Virus record (IMG/VR): IMGVR_UViG_3300048918_000059
Strand: one strand, 5' to 3'
From: a virus
Length of the DNA stretch: 51,796 bases
In this document: positions 22,605 to 28,269 of the stretch, piece after piece
Layout of the letters: every line of letters starts with the position of its first letter
Numbering within the stretch: the stretch's first letter is position 1
Translations under genes and position numbers: made by a program
Notes under the pieces: model-generated
The model's input: only the letters and a program-made list of their open reading frames with translations
Database searches by the model: none
Told to the model about the DNA's origin: nothing

Positions 22605-23233
22605 CCCAAGACACAGCATCGCAGGCCGAAGCGCGGGAAGTGCTGGCAAAGTGTCCGTTTTGCGGAAACGACGGTGGGCCCGACGACGCCAGCATCGGTC
22701 TCATCGCGGTGCAGGTTCGCAGCTACGAGGCTGTATCTGGCCTTACCGCGTTCAACGTCGAATGCGGCTGCGGCGCCAAGGGTTCGCCCTCCTATGATCG
22801 CGCGAAGGCCGTCAGGCATTGGAACGACCGTAGCCCGCTCGCCTTCTCCGCTCGCTCTGCTGACGATGGGGCGGGGGAGATTGATGCTGAAAGCGAGGCG
22901 GAGATCGCGCATGCGGAAAAGACGCGCATCATAGCGTGGCTCCGCCATCAATCCGACCTTGGCGCGAACATCGGTGTGGAGGCGGAGAAAGGGTCAACGC
23001 GTCGCGCCGCTTTCGGCGGTGGATCGCTGGCACTGAAACGCGCCGCCGACGCCATTGAGGCGGACGATCATATCAGCAATGACAACCCCGCCGCTCGCCC
23101 TGCTGTGAGCAGGGAGGCGGTAATTGCAGCGGTGAAGTCCTATCGCGAGGAACGCCGCATGTGGCCGTTCACCGAGGATATGATTGCAGACGTCTTCTTC
23201 CGGCTTCTCCAAAAGCAGGGGGAGCGGGCATGA
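22601..23233 (+). CDS. Lar-like (restriction-alleviation family) zinc-ribbon domain protein, GC-rich cassette
   Basis: 210 aa. CPFCGNDGGPDD...NVECGCGAKGS...AVRHWNDR. GTG start with a GTGA overlap. The composition jumps to about 63% G+C exactly at the gene borders. Confidence 0.55.
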   Translation: MTQDTASQAEAREVLAKCPFCGNDGGPDDASIGLIAVQVRSYEAVSGLTAFNVECGCGAKGSPSYDRAKAVRHWNDRSPLAFSARSADDGAGEIDAESEAEIAHAEKTRIIAWLRHQSDLGANIGVEAEKGSTRRAAFGGGSLALKRAADAIEADDHISNDNPAARPAVSREAVIAAVKSYREERRMWPFTEDMIADVFFRLLQKQGERA

Positions 23234-23469
23234 GCGCGGTTGATAGGATGAAAGATTTAAATTCGCCTAAAGCGTTAGTTTGCCATCAACAACATAGAGC
23301 AGATTGTGGAGTAGGAACGGTATGGTTTGTTTGCTTGGCGGATGGCTATTTAATTGATTGCGGCGCAGAAGTTTATTCAGAGGCAAGAGCTGATATTTTG
23401 GCTAGCTTTATAAACACAGCCCCTGAGAAATTAGATAGAGATAGCCTAAAAGCATGGAGGAAAGTTTGA
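23230..23469 (+). CDS. hypothetical protein (79 aa)
   Basis: ATGA overlap with 22601..23233. Internal start of the track ORF 23161..23469. Confidence 0.6.
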   Translation: MSAVDRMKDLNSPKALVCHQQHRADCGVGTVWFVCLADGYLIDCGAEVYSEARADILASFINTAPEKLDRDSLKAWRKV

Positions 23470-23816
23470 TTTTCGATTGGCACAACAGCAAAATTGGCCG
23501 CAACGCTCAATCTGTAGGCATGATACACGAAGGTGCGCATTATCTGCTAACGGCAAGTCCGACTATTCGCGAAGGCGAGTTTCAAGCTATGTGTAACTCG
23601 GTAAGGGTTACAAAGGATTTGTTTGCAAGCATTAGTGAAGCTAAGATCGCTTGCGAAAAGTGGTTTCGGCGTGAAGTGTTGGGTGAGGTTTGGGATGCGG
23701 AAGCAGAGCTAGGTAAATGGTTTTATGATAATTGTAACGCAATTCGCGATGGTGTGCTAGATTGCGAAGCCTTCGCAAAAGCAATTCTTGCTAACTTCAA
23801 GGTAGAACCGCTGTGA
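23454..23816 (+). CDS. hypothetical protein (about 116-120 aa)
   Basis: Track ORF. Its ATG is part of a CATGGAGGA box, so a TTG at 23466 may be the real start. Confidence 0.65.
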   Translation: MEESLIFDWHNSKIGRNAQSVGMIHEGAHYLLTASPTIREGEFQAMCNSVRVTKDLFASISEAKIACEKWFRREVLGEVWDAEAELGKWFYDNCNAIRDGVLDCEAFAKAILANFKVEPL

Positions 23817-24076
23817 GCGACTATAGCAACCACCCGCCTACTATCGGCGAAATTCGTTCGGACAAGAGCGAAAGCGCCGCTGATTGGTCGCCACGCGATG
23901 CGCTGATTACGGCGCTTAGGGCTATTGATAGCGGCGAATGGAAGCCCGAATATCTGCTTATTGCAGGCATTGCCCGCGATAAGGACGGTTATAATAATTT
24001 CGAACATTATTTTGCGGGTGGATACATTTTGGACTTGCTTGCGTTAATGGAGCGAGTTAAGATGGCTCGCGCTTAA
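23813..24076 (+). CDS. hypothetical protein (87 aa)
   Basis: Track ORF with a GTGA overlap. Confidence 0.65.
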   Translation: MSDYSNHPPTIGEIRSDKSESAADWSPRDALITALRAIDSGEWKPEYLLIAGIARDKDGYNNFEHYFAGGYILDLLALMERVKMARA

Positions 24077-24101
24077 ATTCGCGCTATGGAGAAATTACAA
24101 A

Positions 24102-24731
24102 ATGGCTAAGAAGAAGCAGGCCCCGACGATGGAGCTTACGGAAATTGAACAGGGCAACCTTGCCTACATTGTGGAACAGAATGACGGCGGTGCCGTTACG
24201 TATGCGGACGATAATTATTTCGGCACCCTAGTTGACAAGGGCTTTGTTGAAGTCAATAAGGAGCTTCTGGACGCAACCGGCAATAACTACGCAGGCCGTC
24301 CTACCGAATTGGGCATTAAGTTTATTAAGGATAATAACGTGAGTGACGAAGTTCAGGCCCCGGCAGTTACGGCGGCTTTTGCGATTGAAGATAACGTTGC
24401 ACTTCCGGAAGTGAAGCGCGGCGGTGGCGGCGGGCGTAAGGGTCCGCGCGGTTCCAAGTATCCGTTTGACACCATGGAGAATGGTCAGTCGTTCTTCGTT
24501 CCGGCTACCGAGGAAATGCCGAACCCGGCTAAGACGCTGGCTAGCACTGCCTCAACGTTCGCCAAGAAGTATGCAACTGAGAACGGTACGCGTACTATTA
24601 CGCGTAAGGGTGAGACTAAGACCGTTGCAGCCTATGACTACACGCGCAAGTTTGTCGTGCGTGCGGTTGAAGAAAACGGTGTTAAGGGCGCTCGTGTGTG
24701 GCGTCATGACGGTGCCATTGACGGCGAGTAA
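24102..24731 (+). CDS. conserved-looking protein of unknown function (209 aa), possible DNA-binding / late-regulatory protein
   Basis: Lys-rich N-terminus, a central GGGGGRKGPRG linker, and a KYPFDTMENGQSFFVP segment. It is the last gene before a strong terminator and the late operon. Function unassigned. Confidence 0.7.
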   Translation: MAKKKQAPTMELTEIEQGNLAYIVEQNDGGAVTYADDNYFGTLVDKGFVEVNKELLDATGNNYAGRPTELGIKFIKDNNVSDEVQAPAVTAAFAIEDNVALPEVKRGGGGGRKGPRGSKYPFDTMENGQSFFVPATEEMPNPAKTLASTASTFAKKYATENGTRTITRKGETKTVAAYDYTRKFVVRAVEENGVKGARVWRHDGAIDGE

Positions 24732-24933
24732 GAATTGATGCAATGGCCTTTTGCTACGGGCCGCATCATAAAGCCGAGGCTGATTAGGGTTCTGCTCCTT
24801 TCGACTAATTAGTTTTCATACCTAGCTAGCATACCTAGGGGCTTATGTATGCTTTTCGCAACTAGGACGTGATGCATGTAATAGATTAGTCGCGATCCTA
24901 CGGCTTTCGTACAGTCGGCGCTAAGTGCGAGTT

Positions 24934-24961
24934 AAAGGCGGTGCTTCGGTGCCGCCTTTTT
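24934..24961 (+). terminator. rho-independent terminator
   Basis: AAAGGCGGTGC-TTCG-GTGCCGCCTTTTT, an 8-bp stem (two G-U pairs) with a T-run, about 200 nt downstream of the 24102..24731 stop. Confidence 0.75.
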
Positions 24962-25050
24962 CGCGCTGTCAAGATAGTAATTGCCCTTGCCCAATGTAGG
25001 CATATCTGGCATTCTCTCCAAGGCCAATTCCGGCCAACGGAGCAACCCTA

Positions 25051-25251
25051 ATGCTTCATGAGCCTATCTCACGTCGCACAACTGCGGAGCAGCTTGAAGA
25101 CCTAATTGCCATCGGCAATCGCATTGCCCGCAGTCTTGAAGACCTTGCAGGACAAGCGTTTAATATGTATGGCCCCGGTCCTAATGATCCGCCGCCTGAG
25201 CCTTCCCCGCCGCCCCCGCCGAGTGATCCCGGCCCAATTGAAGGTGGTTAA
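25051..25251 (+). CDS. hypothetical protein with Pro-rich C-terminus (66 aa)
   Basis: Track ORF and first gene of the late operon. Confidence 0.6.
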   Translation: MLHEPISRRTTAEQLEDLIAIGNRIARSLEDLAGQAFNMYGPGPNDPPPEPSPPPPPSDPGPIEGG

Positions 25252-25742
25252 TGCTTAACCATGTTATCGATAGCCTATTTAGTGTAATGTTGTGGGTGGC
25301 GGGCTATGTGTTCGCCACCCACGCTCCTATTACCGAGCGCCGTATTGTTAAGCGTTGTTCAATGGCCGGTTTGCTTGGATGCATTGCCTATAATGCAGCA
25401 TGGTATCCGCCTTATCCGCAGTTAATACTAGGCGTGCCGTCAACAACTTATTTCTCGTTCATTTCTGTAATAGTCGGGGGCTATTGCGCTGAGAAAGCAA
25501 TAGATCGAGAATGGGGGCTTCCGCTTTTCACGCTTTTCATTCTTGACATTTGCTGCCATATTGCCCGCGCTTTTAATGAGATAGAATTTTATCCTTATTC
25601 AATTATGGTTGACTTAGTTGGATATGCACAAATTCTTATCTTTATTGCGTTAGGGGGTAAGGGTGTACGAGATAGGCTCTTTAATACTTCTAGCCTTCTG
25701 CGGAATGGTTTGGGTTCGGGTAAAACAGCGCGGGAAAACTAA
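25251..25742 (+). CDS. polytopic membrane protein (163 aa), function unknown (holin/antiholin-like?)
   Basis: At least 4 hydrophobic helices, located upstream of the endolysin. Confidence 0.6.
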   Translation: MLNHVIDSLFSVMLWVAGYVFATHAPITERRIVKRCSMAGLLGCIAYNAAWYPPYPQLILGVPSTTYFSFISVIVGGYCAEKAIDREWGLPLFTLFILDICCHIARAFNEIEFYPYSIMVDLVGYAQILIFIALGGKGVRDRLFNTSSLLRNGLGSGKTAREN

Positions 25743-25744
25743 GA

Positions 25745-26215
25745 ATGTCCGAAATAAGCGCAATCCTTAGTTTTCTAGCTTCTAGCACGCCTACAGGTTA
25801 TGCGCTTGTAATGATCGGGCTGTGGATAGCTTGGCGAATTTCTGCGCTTGTTCCTACATTGATTGATACTTGGGAAAAGCGATCTACAGGCATCGAGGCT
25901 CGCTTGCAGGCTAGCATGGTTGCTTATACCGAGCGCATGGACGCTCAATTAGAATTAGCCGATAAGCAGCATAAGGCTTGCAAAGAAGAGCAAGACCGTT
26001 TGGCTACTAGAGTTGCGCAGCAAGATACCACTATCGCAACTCAAAACGAAACCATCGCCAAACAATCCGCCACAATTGTAAACTTGACAGATCAGGTGAA
26101 CGCGCTCAAAACCTCCAACATGCAACAGCAAATTGCCATTGCTGAAAGCGGGCCGCATAGCCCCGAAATGCATAAGGCTTTAGGCGTATTGAAAAAGGTG
26201 CATTACGATGGATAA
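25745..26215 (+). CDS. membrane-anchored coiled-coil protein (156 aa)
   Basis: N-terminal TM helix (GYALVMIGLWIAWRISALV) followed by a long coiled coil. Overlaps the endolysin start. Confidence 0.6.
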   Translation: MSEISAILSFLASSTPTGYALVMIGLWIAWRISALVPTLIDTWEKRSTGIEARLQASMVAYTERMDAQLELADKQHKACKEEQDRLATRVAQQDTTIATQNETIAKQSATIVNLTDQVNALKTSNMQQQIAIAESGPHSPEMHKALGVLKKVHYDG

Positions 26216-26792
26216 GGCAGCGGCAAACGAAGCCTTTGTGCGCGAATTTCAAGCGCGGTGCGGGCTTGCGGTAGACGGATGGGCCGGGACTGCAACTAAG
26301 GCGGCTTTGGACGCTCTGAAGCCCTTGGCACCCATTGTAGGCATTAAGACGACCAGTTTTGCCGGTCGTGAACTGATCCAGTCTTTCGAAAGCTATCAGG
26401 CTACGACCTATGCCGATCCGGGGCCGACTGGTTTGCCTGTCACGGGCGGATGGGGAACGACCAAGGACGCTGCGGGAGAGCCGTTTAAGCTTGGTGTCAC
26501 CTATGAGCGGCAATATTGGGAGAGCCTCTTTGCGCGCGATCTGGGCAAGTTTGAGCGTGCGGTATCGGCATTGTGTCCAATCACTACGCAGAACCAGTTC
26601 GATGCTCTGGTAAGCTTTGCCTACAATGTTGGTGAGGGTGCGCTTAAGGATAGTAGTTTGCGGCGCTTGCATAATGAAGGCAATTATGCTGCGGCAAAGG
26701 AACAGTTCGCACGTTGGAACAAGTCTGGCGGGGTTGTGCTTAAGGGCTTGGTCCGTAGGCGGGCTGCGGAAGCGGAGTTGTACGGGAAATGA
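26208..26792 (+). CDS. endolysin: N-terminal peptidoglycan-binding domain plus GH24 lysozyme domain
   Basis: FQARCGLAVDGWAGTATKAAL resembles PG_binding_1. ELIQSFESYQATTYADPGPTGLPVTGGWG...FDALVSFAYNVGEGAL...GLVRRRAAEAELY shows T4/lambda-type lysozyme motifs. Confidence 0.85.
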   Translation: MDKAAANEAFVREFQARCGLAVDGWAGTATKAALDALKPLAPIVGIKTTSFAGRELIQSFESYQATTYADPGPTGLPVTGGWGTTKDAAGEPFKLGVTYERQYWESLFARDLGKFERAVSALCPITTQNQFDALVSFAYNVGEGALKDSSLRRLHNEGNYAAAKEQFARWNKSGGVVLKGLVRRRAAEAELYGK

Positions 26793-27037
26793 GCGAACAA
26801 TTTATTAGAGATTTGCCGCGATTAGTCTTGACTTTTGCAATTATTGCGTTGTTCGCTTTTGGCATCTTCGCTCATTACAGCAATGGACTTGAGGAAACGC
26901 TAAAGAACATTGTAATGCTTGCCGTTGGCTTTTGGCTTGGTTCTAGCAAGGGGACTAGCGAAAGCAACGACCGAGCCGACAAGGCTTTGGATTTAGCTAA
27001 GGGCGCGCAAGATAGCGCCAGTGAGGCAAAGCAATGA
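26789..27037 (+). CDS. putative holin (82 aa, two TM helices)
   Basis: LVLTFAIIALFAFGIFAHY and IVMLAVGFWLGSS, with a charged C-terminus. Located between the endolysin and the spanins. Confidence 0.5.
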   Translation: MSEQFIRDLPRLVLTFAIIALFAFGIFAHYSNGLEETLKNIVMLAVGFWLGSSKGTSESNDRADKALDLAKGAQDSASEAKQ

Positions 27038-27411
27038 ATTGGATTAAAGCCAATCTGACCATTGTAGGCATTATTGTCGTTTTAGTGCTTTGTTTCGCTT
27101 TGCTCTTGTCGGTAAAGAGTTGCAGTGAACGTGGCCAGCGCGAAGCACAGGCAAAGCAGGACGTTAAATCGGCAGATGCCTATGCTGGCGCGGCACAAGA
27201 GGCTGTTGCAACGGTAACTAGTCGTGCTAAAGCTGATACGGACGTTGACGCTATTGTTGCGGCGGCAACTTTGGAGATTGACAATGCCGAAAACCCTGTT
27301 GCCGCTCGCGCTGCCGTTATTAGTGCTGTCTGCGGGTTGCAGTCATACCGTTACCGGCCCGAGTGCAAAATGCTCCCTACTAATTCCGGCAATGTGGCAG
27401 AAGCCCGTTGA
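27034..27411 (+). CDS. i-spanin (inner-membrane spanin subunit)
   Basis: 125 aa with an N-terminal TM helix LTIVGIIVVLVLCFALLL and a periplasmic helical domain. It contains the start of the o-spanin gene in another frame. Confidence 0.7.
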   Translation: MNWIKANLTIVGIIVVLVLCFALLLSVKSCSERGQREAQAKQDVKSADAYAGAAQEAVATVTSRAKADTDVDAIVAAATLEIDNAENPVAARAAVISAVCGLQSYRYRPECKMLPTNSGNVAEAR

Positions 27412-27571
27412 AGGCGCAGCGGTGCCAGATGGCACGGCGGTAGGGGACTGGATGGCAGCTTTTGTTGCGCAGGCGGGACAGTTAGAGAAGGCTAACGGTC
27501 GCACGACCGATACTATTTCGATTATTAAAAATTGTGAAGATTTAATTAATGCAAGTCGCGGTCGTAAATAG
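27284..27571 (+). CDS. o-spanin (outer-membrane lipoprotein subunit), overlapped architecture
   Basis: MPKTLLPLALPLLVLSAGC has the lipobox LSAG-C. It starts inside the i-spanin gene in the +1 frame and extends beyond it. Confidence 0.75.
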   Translation: MPKTLLPLALPLLVLSAGCSHTVTGPSAKCSLLIPAMWQKPVEGAAVPDGTAVGDWMAAFVAQAGQLEKANGRTTDTISIIKNCEDLINASRGRK

Positions 27572-28067
27572 AGAAGAACAAATCCGATTAGTGGCGGCCG
27601 AAATCGTCAAGCTTGGCGCTGCTAATGATCAGGCGACAGGCTACAAGGCTGCGTGGAATGTGCTGAATGCCCATCCTAATATTGGTTGGGATACTGGCAC
27701 TTGCATGATTATTTCGGAATGCTGGCAAACCGATCCTGATTTGCAAGCTGAAATTCAGCGTTTGCGCGACGAACGCGGGGAAGCTGGTTTTGGATGGACT
27801 AAGCGCGAGTTTCTAGAGGAACTTCGGCGCAGGGCGGAAAAGTCAATTCACGATAAGGACCGCTTTGCGGGAATGAAGCTTTACGCCGATGTTGCGGGCT
27901 TTATGCCAAAGGATGCTGCGCCGCAAGTCAATGTTACTACCAATGTAGGCATTGCTAATAATGTAATGCGCTTGCCTCCTGAACCGACCGATATTGACGA
28001 ATGGGAAATGAAAACCGTTAAGCAGCAAACTAAGCTTATCGAACATGCGAGCGGGCCGGATGCTTGA
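27549..28067 (+). CDS. putative terminase small subunit
   Basis: 172 aa, located two genes upstream of TerL. Assignment is by position and size only. Confidence 0.4.
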   Translation: MQVAVVNREEQIRLVAAEIVKLGAANDQATGYKAAWNVLNAHPNIGWDTGTCMIISECWQTDPDLQAEIQRLRDERGEAGFGWTKREFLEELRRRAEKSIHDKDRFAGMKLYADVAGFMPKDAAPQVNVTTNVGIANNVMRLPPEPTDIDEWEMKTVKQQTKLIEHASGPDA

Positions 28068-28269
28068 TATTGTGGCGATTAGTTTAGGTTTAATGCAAGT
28101 TGCTACCAATGAAGGCGACATTTTGCCAATTGTTGATTTGTTGGACGAATTTGGCGATTACACGCTTGATGTTCATGAAACAGCAAGTGCTGTTGCCGGA
28201 CCTGATAAAAACGGACAATGGTGGCTTGTAGTTGTAGACGATTTCTCTACCGAGACGAAGCGGCACTAA
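28060..28269 (+). CDS. hypothetical acidic protein (69 aa)
   Basis: ATG at 28060 or 28045. The stop overlaps the TerL start (TAATG). Confidence 0.55.
   Translation: MLDIVAISLGLMQVATNEGDILPIVDLLDEFGDYTLDVHETASAVAGPDKNGQWWLVVVDDFSTETKRH

Noticed and set aside
22595-22951. 118-aa minus-strand ORF and the 22567..22797 / 22674..22934 plus-strand ORFs overlapping the second Lar-like gene
   Set aside because: These are frames opened by the local high G+C. Only 22601..23233 shows a recognisable zinc-ribbon domain and start/stop coupling with its neighbours.
26106-26672. 188-aa minus-strand ORF opposite the endolysin
   Set aside because: The endolysin frame has clear PG-binding and GH24 motifs. The antisense translation has none.
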